IMG/VR virus record: IMGVR_UViG_3300012232_000019 | Coordinates: 1-48,151 of that record | Strand: one strand, 5' to 3' | Length of the DNA: 48,151 nucleotides | Source: a virus | Taxonomy: Duplodnaviria; Caudoviricetes | Shown: in pieces, positions 17,807 through 25,538 of the stretch | How the letters are laid out: each line of letters starts with the position of its first letter | Position numbering within the stretch: the stretch's first letter is position 1 | Translations under genes and position numbers: made by a program | The notes under the pieces: generated by a model | Databases searched by the model: none | Told to the model about the DNA's origin: nothing | What the model saw: only the letters and a program-made list of their open reading frames with translations

Positions 17807-19238
17807 TATTTGCTCCCGAAGTAGGTGCCCATGTTGTTCCAGCCCTGTTGGCCTGAGACACCACCCAGAGCACCAGTGGCAGCCTTAGCGCCCATACCCA
17901 TCGCCCCGAGGCCGGTCATGCCGCCTGCAACCATACCAGCGACTCCGCTGATATTCTGCAGGGCGCTGCTATACGGGTTGTTCTGCATGTGCTGTTGAGC
18001 AGACTGACCCTGCTCGTTCATGCTCATGCCACGATTGCCCAGCAGAGCTTGATTCCACATGTTGACTTCGCCTGGGGTCGAGCGGTAGAGGTCCGCCATC
18101 CCACCACCGGCATCCATCGTGTTGCCCGACTCGAAGTTCGCAAGCCACTGGAGGCCGCGAGTCTGGTCTGCTTGCGACGCCGCGCCACGTGCCGCCGCTG
18201 CGTTGGCTGCTGCCTGCTCGGAATCGGCAACACCCTTGAGGCCCGAAGTTCCGTAGAACCGGCCCTGCTGGATGAGGCCACCGAGGCCAAGTTCGCCCTG
18301 AGTCCAGCCCTGTGAGGCAGCAGTGCGATTCTGGGCGATGCTGTTGAGCATGTTGCCACGAGTGTCGCCAGCGCCCCTCAGGCCGGAGAGCATGTTGCCA
18401 GTGCGAAGTGACTGGAGCGCGCCCTCAGCTTGGGCACCACCCTCAGCACCCCACTGCTGACCCTGCCGCACTCTGTCGGACAGGCCCAGCTCGGTGTCGA
18501 GAGTCTGCTCGCGCATCCCCTTGGCCTGCTCACGAGCCAGCCGAGCACCCATCGCCGCCGATGCAGCGGGATTGCCTCCCTGAATGCTCGCCATACGATT
18601 CTGCCCTTGTCGGACGGTATCGTAGAAGGCTGGCAGAGTGCTGTTGGCGCGCGCTCGGATGTCGCCGAGTTGCTCCGGTGTGTAGCCGCCTGTCTTCTGA
18701 TAATCCTCGAAGACTCCGCCGCCACGCATCCGATTCATGTCTTCGGCGGAGAGGCCACCCGTCTTGCCCATCTCCTCGAACTGTGCGATAACGGCATCCT
18801 GCTTCGCACGGTCAGCTGGAGACCAGCCACCGGAGCCTGCGATGTCCCGCATCCCGGCCATTGCCGCACGGATGGGTCCAGCATCGACTCCACCTGTCTG
18901 ACTGGCGAACTCGTTGTAGAGGCCCTTCACCTGGCCGTAGGGGTTCGCAGCAGCACCGCCGCCACCACCCCACCACCTCCACTGCCGCTGCCTCCCGGAC
19001 CCACCCCGATGGAGTTCAGGTATGCAGTGCGCATGTTGGGGTCGATCCAGCCGGCACCCTGACCAACCCTGTTGAAGTTGTCAAAGGCCGCCTGCTGGAT
19101 GTTGTTCGCAGCATTCACAGCGCCCTGTTGCTGTGGCTGTGCGATAGCATTGAAAGCGTCTGAGCCCTTTCGAGCCCAGCTGCTCTGCTCCTGAATCATC
19201 TTGTTCGTTTGGGCTTTTTCCTTGCCACCACTCGACAT
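17806..19238 (-). CDS. putative pilot/ejection protein, split by a -1 frameshift into ORFs 18927..19238 and 17806..18930
   Basis: The poly-Gly codon run switches frame at 18968-18971. Both halves are Gly/Ala/Gln/Met-rich. Confidence 0.6.
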
Positions 19239-19247
19239 GTCACTCTC

Positions 19248-19388
19248 CTACTTGATCGGCAGTGCGGAAACGAGGAATGCAACAATCACGAACAGAAGCG
19301 CAATCCAGAGCGGGACTGTGGGCTTGAGAACGTGAGCAAGAAGTGCGAAGATCGCGCAGAGAAGCAGGAGGACTGTTATGGTAATCAT
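19248..19388 (-). CDS. 46-aa two-TM membrane protein (holin-like candidate)
   Basis: MITITVLLLLCAIFALLAHVLKPTVPLWIALLFVIVAFLVSALPIK; GAGG RBS; start overlaps the upstream stop. Confidence 0.6.
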   Translation of the reverse strand: MITITVLLLLCAIFALLAHVLKPTVPLWIALLFVIVAFLVSALPIK

Positions 19389-19876
19389 CACTCTACCTCT
19401 TTGATCAGATGCTCACCGAGAACATCCCAAAATCCGTAGTGTTTTCGAAGCACGTCGGCGAAGTCCGGGTCCTGGGTGCAGGCGTGTATCTGGTGTATGC
19501 CCACACGTTGCGCGCCCATGATTGCTACGGGCATTATCTCCTTGAAGGCGCGCGCTCGTTCCAGCTTTGACCTGTCATGGTCCATTACCATGTAAGTCTC
19601 AGCGAATATCTTCAGGTTGCCAAAGGCAATCATGCCCTTGTCATCTTCGACAACGCAGGTGATGATTGACGGTTCCAACTGCGGCAACGAGAATTGGTGC
19701 GAGTGATGCTTCTTCCAAAGCTCGTTAATCTTCGCCAGGTCGCGTGGAGTGTATCGTCTGACTACCAGTCCACTCTCTGAGCTGAGTTCGCCCCTATCAA
19801 GATGTCCGGTGTTTGCCCGATTGCTTTCCATCCGTCCATCTCCCCGTAAGAGTAGAAGACCGTCGCCTTCGTCCAC
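19388..19876 (-). CDS. GNAT-like protein (start uncertain, probably near 19770)
   Basis: VRRYTPRDL...CVVEDDKGMIAFG...LRKHYGF is a GNAT-like pattern. Podoviruses often have such a gene just before the ejection genes. Confidence 0.5.
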   Translation of the reverse strand: MDEGDGLLLLRGDGRMESNRANTGHLDRGELSSESGLVVRRYTPRDLAKINELWKKHHSHQFSLPQLEPSIITCVVEDDKGMIAFGNLKIFAETYMVMDHDRSKLERARAFKEIMPVAIMGAQRVGIHQIHACTQDPDFADVLRKHYGFWDVLGEHLIKEVE

Positions 19877-21096
19877 GCCTTGATGCGGTCCAGAAGCTGT
19901 CGCGTATTCGGTGCCTCTAAGAACCGTTGCACAGAGATGAAAGCCACGTCGTATTTCCTGTCGAAAACACGAGGGTCGAATATGTTCATGCAGCGAACAT
20001 TTGCGACCTTCTGTGCCTTCTTGAAGGCTTCGTCGTTGACCTCTACACCATGCAGCTCGGAAGCGATTCCCTTGTAAATCTTCAGCAGCTCACCAGTCCC
20101 GCACCCGAGGTCGATTACGGATTGGCCGCGGCAGTCTTGGGCGGCTGCAACCACGAGATTGTGGGCTGCGACCATTGCCTCGTAAGTGCTAAAGCCATTC
20201 AGAGTCCACGTATCCTTCGTCAGGAACTTGACCTTCTTCGTGTTGTTCCTGAAGGGGAACTCGTTGCCACGTGCGCCCTCGTCAGGATACAGCGAACCCT
20301 GTTGGAGAATGGTATTCTTGGTGTAGGTCGCGTCAGTGCGGCTAATGATGCGGCACACCGGCGTCACTATCTCCACGATACCATGTAGGCCCGTCCACTT
20401 CACAGGCCATTGTAGGGCCTCACTAAGGGTTCGATACTGCTCAAAGTAGTTGTTCCGGATGAGTTGCGTGGCTTCTGCAACGTAGGCTCTTGTCGCTTCA
20501 CACTTGAAGCTGCAAGGCAAATGAGACACCCAGCGAAGGCCGAGATGGCGCAGAGTGACATTGCAAGCAGGGTCAGGTGTGACAGTAATAACATCGGCGT
20601 CCGGGTCCGTAGCCGTGCTTAGAGCTTGTTCCCAAGTGGTGTCGATTAGTCCTTTTGCCACCCACGTATTTTGGAAGAATCGACGACAGCATTCAGGATA
20701 TCCCAGGAGGACACCGATTTCTTCGTCGTCGCTAACTTGCCAAGCAGCGAGCCACATGGTCGCAACGGCAGCTTTGCAGACGGCGACACGGTAGTCGAAC
20801 GGGGCACCTTCGATGTAGGCCGAGGTGGATGACGCATAATTGCTCGGCCCCCTGCCCTGCTGTGCCAAAGTAATAGCGACAAGCCCGTGGGTGCTGGCCC
20901 GGCGAGACACCTCGGCCATCCGTTCAGGAGGGACAACGAGCAATGCTCCAGCCTTAAAACCAGCACCCACGAGGTCGATTTCAATATCCTGCCACGAAGC
21001 CGATACCTGCCTGAAACGTGGTTCCCAGACGTTGCGAGCCTGTGGTGCCCACTGCATCCGAGTAAAATCTTCGAGTCTGAACGGTGCCGTTTCCAT
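19762..21096 (-). CDS. two-domain protein: Cys-motif N-terminal domain (LLGYPECC, DUF483-like) plus C-terminal class I SAM-dependent methyltransferase
   Basis: VIDLGCGTGEL...LHGVEVN is a SAM-binding motif. The N-terminal part has LLGYPECC and HLPCSFKC. Confidence 0.75.
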   Translation of the reverse strand: METAPFRLEDFTRMQWAPQARNVWEPRFRQVSASWQDIEIDLVGAGFKAGALLVVPPERMAEVSRRASTHGLVAITLAQQGRGPSNYASSTSAYIEGAPFDYRVAVCKAAVATMWLAAWQVSDDEEIGVLLGYPECCRRFFQNTWVAKGLIDTTWEQALSTATDPDADVITVTPDPACNVTLRHLGLRWVSHLPCSFKCEATRAYVAEATQLIRNNYFEQYRTLSEALQWPVKWTGLHGIVEIVTPVCRIISRTDATYTKNTILQQGSLYPDEGARGNEFPFRNNTKKVKFLTKDTWTLNGFSTYEAMVAAHNLVVAAAQDCRGQSVIDLGCGTGELLKIYKGIASELHGVEVNDEAFKKAQKVANVRCMNIFDPRVFDRKYDVAFISVQRFLEAPNTRQLLDRIKAWTKATVFYSYGEMDGWKAIGQTPDILIGANSAQRVDW

Positions 21097-22289
21097 TACC
21101 TTCTTACCTCCGCAAACGCTTGCACACGAGCGTCAGTATGATCACCATGAGCATCTCCATGAGGGGCATCATTGTGAGCTGTTGCCGACCTGTTACCAGC
21201 CAGATACGCACGCTCCCACTGCTCTCGGTCAGGATGCAGTGACGCAGGAACCTCCCCGAGCTCTAACATCAGATTCTCGTAATGCTCGAAGATAGCCATG
21301 ATAACCTCGCAATGCTCCGTTCGATTGCGGAAGTCACCGTCAAGACCAGTTCCGGGACACTCGCCCTTGCACATGAGGAAGAAGCGGCACCCCTTGCAGC
21401 CACCATGAGCATACGGAGTATGGTAGAGGGCATGCTGACGCTCGATTCCGCCCGTATCAGCCTTGCCCCAATCCACACCCTGCTTGTTGGTGCGATTGCA
21501 ATTCGTCTTTTCGCCCTGCCCGTTGATGCCCTGCACCGCAGGAGTAGTCAATACGTCGCACGCATGCCAGATGCAATTTACACCCTCATTTGCGCGTCGT
21601 AGAAGGACTTGATATTCCCTGAAATTGCTAAACTTGAGGTGAGTGAACTGCCTCTCAAGGGACATGAGCTGCTTCATCCGGTCGATAAGGAGCGGCATAT
21701 CGACGCGTAACTTGGATGCTTTGACCCCGTCAACCTCTAAGTAGTGCAAATTCACCCACCTCAACCCAATCTTATCGAGTCGAAGAAACCATTCACAAAG
21801 CATCCGAAAGGCCTCCTCGTCGCAGTTGCCCTTCCAGAGCGTCGTGATGATTGAGACTCCGATTCCCTCGTGATGTAGACGTTCGATAATATCCGTTGTT
21901 CTCTTGGTTGATGCGCGAGTTTCTTCCTGAGTGCCTGACGAACGCGCATCTGAACATCTCTCCGGGCCGTCGCAAGAGATACCGATGTGTGTATTGTATC
22001 GCTTAAATAGAGCAATGTGCGCCTCCGTAATGAGCGTTCCGTTGGTCTGAGCACCCGTCTTTCCGTGACGTTCGAAGCCGTATTTGAGTGCCTGCTCGAT
22101 GCGCTTCATGGGCGCGAGGAAGGGTTCACCTCCGTGCAGAGAGAACTCTCCTTCCTTGTCCAGAGCGGCGCGCACCTTCTCCCAGTCCCATGGGACGTTG
22201 ACGTTCTTCGCGTCACGCATGGGATTCTCGTAGCAGTATACGCAACCGATGTTGCACGCTACGCCGGAGGGATTCAGCTCAACACTCAT
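21096..22289 (-). CDS. radical SAM enzyme with SPASM domain (peptide/protein maturase type)
   Basis: CNIGCVYC, HGGEP, QTNGTL, IGISCDGP. SPASM cysteines CIWHAC, CNR, CKGCRFFLMCKGECP, HC. C-terminal HxD tail. Confidence 0.93.
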   Translation of the reverse strand: MSVELNPSGVACNIGCVYCYENPMRDAKNVNVPWDWEKVRAALDKEGEFSLHGGEPFLAPMKRIEQALKYGFERHGKTGAQTNGTLITEAHIALFKRYNTHIGISCDGPERCSDARSSGTQEETRASTKRTTDIIERLHHEGIGVSIITTLWKGNCDEEAFRMLCEWFLRLDKIGLRWVNLHYLEVDGVKASKLRVDMPLLIDRMKQLMSLERQFTHLKFSNFREYQVLLRRANEGVNCIWHACDVLTTPAVQGINGQGEKTNCNRTNKQGVDWGKADTGGIERQHALYHTPYAHGGCKGCRFFLMCKGECPGTGLDGDFRNRTEHCEVIMAIFEHYENLMLELGEVPASLHPDREQWERAYLAGNRSATAHNDAPHGDAHGDHTDARVQAFAEVRR

Positions 22290-22546
22290 GCTGTCAGCCG
22301 GACGTTTGCGGTGCCGCCGTTGACTCGCAGGAAGCCAGCCGCCACGTCGACGCCTGTCTCCGAGAACGCTGCCCCGGTCGCGACGACGCTGTTCTTCGCG
22401 CCGGTCATGTCCGAGTTGTTGCTGATGTCGATAGAGGTCGCTGTTCCTGGAGTCACGAACAGTCGAGCCTTTCTTGCAGGCAGCGCGCGCGGCGTGTTGT
22501 CCACGATTGCGTGAATGACTCCGATGCTGAGAGAGTAAGTCGGCAT
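22286..22546 (-). CDS. small beta-rich hypothetical protein (86 aa)
   Basis: Lies between the HxD protein and the rSAM gene; its stop overlaps the rSAM ATG. Confidence 0.65.
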   Translation of the reverse strand: MPTYSLSIGVIHAIVDNTPRALPARKARLFVTPGTATSIDISNNSDMTGAKNSVVATGAAFSETGVDVAAGFLRVNGGTANVRLTA

Positions 22547-22554
22547 GTCAGCCC

Positions 22555-23439
22555 CTATTCTACGAATGTTGGATTCGTGACGATAGCCACGTCCTGATGG
22601 TCGTTGTGACCAGCGTCCTGATGCGTCACATCCTGAAATGCTACGTCAGAGTGTCCGGTATCGCCATGAGAGTCACGATGGTCATTGTGCGTGGAGTCGG
22701 TATGAGCGATGTCCTTGTGCAGAGTATCATCGTGGTCGTTGTCCGTGTGGTCTGAGTGCGCACGATCTGTATGCGCTACGTCACCATGTGCCTTGTCGTT
22801 GTGGATGTTGTCACCGTGGTCATCATGCCAATCGAAGTGGTAATAATAATCTCGGTGTCCAGCTATGTCGTAAAACGCGATTCCATCATGATGTGTATCT
22901 TCGTGCGGTGCGTCACCATGAGAATCGACGTGAGCCGTGTCTGTGTGCGTGTCGAGATGACTTGTGTCATCATGGTCATTATCTTGATGATCAATATGAG
23001 TGACATCACTGTGAGCAACATCACTATGAGTGTTATCTTGATGGTCCGAATGCGCCACATCAGAATGAGCCGAGTCTTGGTGGGCGATGTCCCCATGCGC
23101 ACCGTCAGAATGCGTATTGTCCTGATGGTCGGTATGCGCCACATCGCCGTGTCCCTGTCTATGTGCCTTGTCAGACCCAAGCCACGAGATGCGCTTCTGA
23201 TTGTCAATCCATACGCTACCAGCGACTCCTGTCGTCGTCTTGATGAGCGTGTTGGGAATTCGCCGCTCTGAGCTAAGCGCGTCGATGTAATGGAGGTAGT
23301 CAGTCTCCACCCACAACGAGCCTTGGAATCCATCCCCGGCACCAACGAGGTCACCAGCATACCTCCACTCCTGAAGGTCTGCGGTGACGAAGTGGAGGTA
23401 AGCCCCCTCCACCCACAAGCTACCAGGAACTTTAGCCAT
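22555..23439 (-). CDS. His-x-Asp repeat protein (candidate rSAM substrate, possibly virion-associated)
   Basis: The first ~95 aa carry three GS(L/V)W(V/I)(E/D) repeats, followed by ~39 HxD motifs in residues 97-283. Confidence 0.85.
   Translation of the reverse strand: MAKVPGSLWVEGAYLHFVTADLQEWRYAGDLVGAGDGFQGSLWVETDYLHYIDALSSERRIPNTLIKTTTGVAGSVWIDNQKRISWLGSDKAHRQGHGDVAHTDHQDNTHSDGAHGDIAHQDSAHSDVAHSDHQDNTHSDVAHSDVTHIDHQDNDHDDTSHLDTHTDTAHVDSHGDAPHEDTHHDGIAFYDIAGHRDYYYHFDWHDDHGDNIHNDKAHGDVAHTDRAHSDHTDNDHDDTLHKDIAHTDSTHNDHRDSHGDTGHSDVAFQDVTHQDAGHNDHQDVAIVTNPTFVE
22591..23151 (-). repeat. coding repeat array of HxD tripeptides, spaced 3-6 aa apart (mostly 3-5)
   Basis: e.g. HGDVAHTDHQDNTHSDGAHGDIAHQDSAHSD. 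The codons are diverged, so the repeat is conserved at the protein level. Confidence 0.9.
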
Positions 23440-23903
23440 TACGCAGTTACGAACTTGTCAACACCAACTGGAATGACAATGCCGTTACGAATGTAGACCG
23501 TGCCGGGCCTGTTCGCGTTGGTTCCGATGTTGAGCGTTCCGTCAGCAGCAAACACGATTGGACCGCTCATGCTCAGGGAGGTTATCCCCGAGATAACTCC
23601 ACCAGTGATGACGACGGCATTGGAGTTCTGTTGTGCCATCGTGCCGAGATTCAGGTTGCCCAGAATGCCTGCAGGCGTGCTTGCTCCCGTCCCGCCACCA
23701 GCGATGGAGATGACCTTGTTCTGCCACGCCGCACCATCCCACTCCTGGAGTAGATTGGTTGCGCGATGGTATCTCATCGAGCCGACTGGCGGACTCACAG
23801 GGTCCGTGACGAACATCTGCGCTGCATCATTCAAGCGGCCATCGACCTCGGCCACGAAATTGATGTAGTCGCTGGTAATCGTCGGTTTCAGCCAGTCAGC
23901 CAT
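23439..23903 (-). CDS. short tail-fibre-like structural protein
   Basis: ISIAGGGTGAST...LNLGTMAQQNSNAVVITGGVISG resembles a fibre shaft motif. Confidence 0.6.
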   Translation of the reverse strand: MADWLKPTITSDYINFVAEVDGRLNDAAQMFVTDPVSPPVGSMRYHRATNLLQEWDGAAWQNKVISIAGGGTGASTPAGILGNLNLGTMAQQNSNAVVITGGVISGITSLSMSGPIVFAADGTLNIGTNANRPGTVYIRNGIVIPVGVDKFVTA

Positions 23904-23904
23904 G

Positions 23905-24096
23905 TTACGCCTCGGCTCTCAGCTTTGCGAGTTCCGCACCAAGCTCCGCAACCTTCGTCTGGAGTTCGTCGCGCTCGACCTTGAGAGCGTTGTATTGCTC
24001 GGCTATCTGCTCTATTTGGCCCTTGAGCTGCTCGTTCTCCAGAGTCTTGGCTCCAAGTAGAGCAAGTGCCTGTGAAGTATCTACGTTAATGGCCAT
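23905..24096 (-). CDS. small coiled-coil protein (63 aa)
   Basis: TGATG coupling; MAINVDTSQALALLGAKTLENEQLK... heptad pattern. Confidence 0.65.
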   Translation of the reverse strand: MAINVDTSQALALLGAKTLENEQLKGQIEQIAEQYNALKVERDELQTKVAELGAELAKLRAEA

Positions 24097-24362
24097 CAGA
24101 CCACCATCTTTCCAAGCACCAGCTTGACGGCGTCCTCGATGACCCGATCGTTTGCTGTGGTGTCCACGTTCGGGAGCGCGGCGACTGCGTGGCATACCTG
24201 CTCCGCCATGATAGCGACGTTTCCGAGAACCCTCGCGGCAAGGCCCTTGACTCGAATGTCCTCGTCGTCGGACATTGCGAGCGCAACCTTTGCCGTGGCT
24301 GCTGTGACCTTGTTCCTGAATGCGGGGTCCAGGGAAAGTTCATAATCTGACTGCAACGACAT
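24096..24362 (-). CDS. hypothetical protein in the tail module
   Basis: AAGGAG RBS; 88 aa; follows the fibre gene. Confidence 0.65.
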   Translation of the reverse strand: MSLQSDYELSLDPAFRNKVTAATAKVALAMSDDEDIRVKGLAARVLGNVAIMAEQVCHAVAALPNVDTTANDRVIEDAVKLVLGKMVV

Positions 24363-24371
24363 GACGACTCC

Positions 24372-25538
24372 TTAGTTGATCTGAAAGGTGAGCTGACCAC
24401 GAAGGGCATTCGACCCTGTAGTCGTGTTCCAGTTGCCGTAAGCGGTCGAATATCTACGGCAGACAATGTAGGTGCCGCCTGCTGATACGTAGCAGTGTCC
24501 CTGACCAGTAACACCAGCATCCAAGTAGAACAAGATGCTATTAGCATTTGCACTTGCGACAGCACCAGCAGGAATTGCTATCCTCAGCTCGGCAATGGTA
24601 GTCGAAAGAGTGGTGGCGTAGATATCAAAGTTAACAATCATCGTTTTACCGATGATGCACCATTGATAAGCTAGTTGGTCACCAGCATCTACTGTCCATG
24701 TCCCATTAGAGCAGGTGAAGTTCGCCTGTGAGTAGGGAACCTGTTGCCAGACTCCTTGCTGATAGGTTCGACCAAACTCAAAGTATCCCGACGGGGAAGT
24801 CATGTAGCTAGTAGCGATGACTTGTGCTGCTGTAAGGTTCCCACTCAGAGTCAGGTCGGTGAAGCTGACGGCGCCTTGGAAAGTGATTGCACCAGCCGCG
24901 CTGATGGTCATTCTCGTCACGCCAGCAGTCCTGAACAGGATATTGCCGACTTGAGAATTGATGACGAGACCACCAATACCTGCTGAGTTCTGAATGAGGA
25001 GACAATCATTCAGGGTGTAGCCGCTTGAGCAAATCAGAATATGTGCACGTCCCGCACCCTGATTGTTTTGGAATGCGATACCACAGAGTGCAGCGTTGCC
25101 AGCGTTCGTGTTGGCAAGACTAACGACAGACGTGCCATTGACGTTGGAAACGAACTCATGAGTTGGCGTTCCGGTAGCAGTCACCTTGAGAACGCCTGCC
25201 CGCGACAGGGACATGAGTTCCGTGCCCGCGAAGGCATCAGTCAGGGAGCGAAACTTGAGCGCCGCCGCATCGACCTGAATGTCCCAAACCTTGGAGTTTG
25301 CAGCCTGGTCAGTCTCGTTGAACCTCAAGCTAGGAGCGACACCAGAGAGCGTCTGCTGACCAGTCCAAATGACAGGGGCCGTTGGGTCAAGCCCACTGCT
25401 TGCAGGCAGACGAGCAGGGTCGATGGTGCCCTCATTGATAATTGCAGCGTTCAGAGGGAGTTGTCCAAACACGACGCCATCAGTCGAATACTCGTAGATG
25501 TGCGTAGTCTCGTTCCACCGCATCCATCGAGTAGGCAT
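24372..25538 (-). CDS. tail fibre / receptor-binding protein
   Basis: GTIDPARLP, TRMTISAAG and C-terminal IIGKTMIVNF...LRGQLTFQI are fibre-type segments; Thr/Gly/Ser-rich. Confidence 0.7.
   Translation of the reverse strand: MPTRWMRWNETTHIYEYSTDGVVFGQLPLNAAIINEGTIDPARLPASSGLDPTAPVIWTGQQTLSGVAPSLRFNETDQAANSKVWDIQVDAAALKFRSLTDAFAGTELMSLSRAGVLKVTATGTPTHEFVSNVNGTSVVSLANTNAGNAALCGIAFQNNQGAGRAHILICSSGYTLNDCLLIQNSAGIGGLVINSQVGNILFRTAGVTRMTISAAGAITFQGAVSFTDLTLSGNLTAAQVIATSYMTSPSGYFEFGRTYQQGVWQQVPYSQANFTCSNGTWTVDAGDQLAYQWCIIGKTMIVNFDIYATTLSTTIAELRIAIPAGAVASANANSILFYLDAGVTGQGHCYVSAGGTYIVCRRYSTAYGNWNTTTGSNALRGQLTFQIN

Noticed and set aside
21096-22289. rSAM as QueE/7-deazaguanine, MoaA or anaerobic sulfatase maturase
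   Set aside because: No queC/queD/folE/dpdA, molybdopterin or sulfatase genes are present. The SPASM domain, HxD tail and neighbouring genes point to a protein substrate.
22756-23271. Met/Val/Ile-rich + strand ORF resembling a membrane protein
   Set aside because: It is the reverse complement of His/Asp codons (CAT/CAC, GAT/GAC) in the HxD gene.
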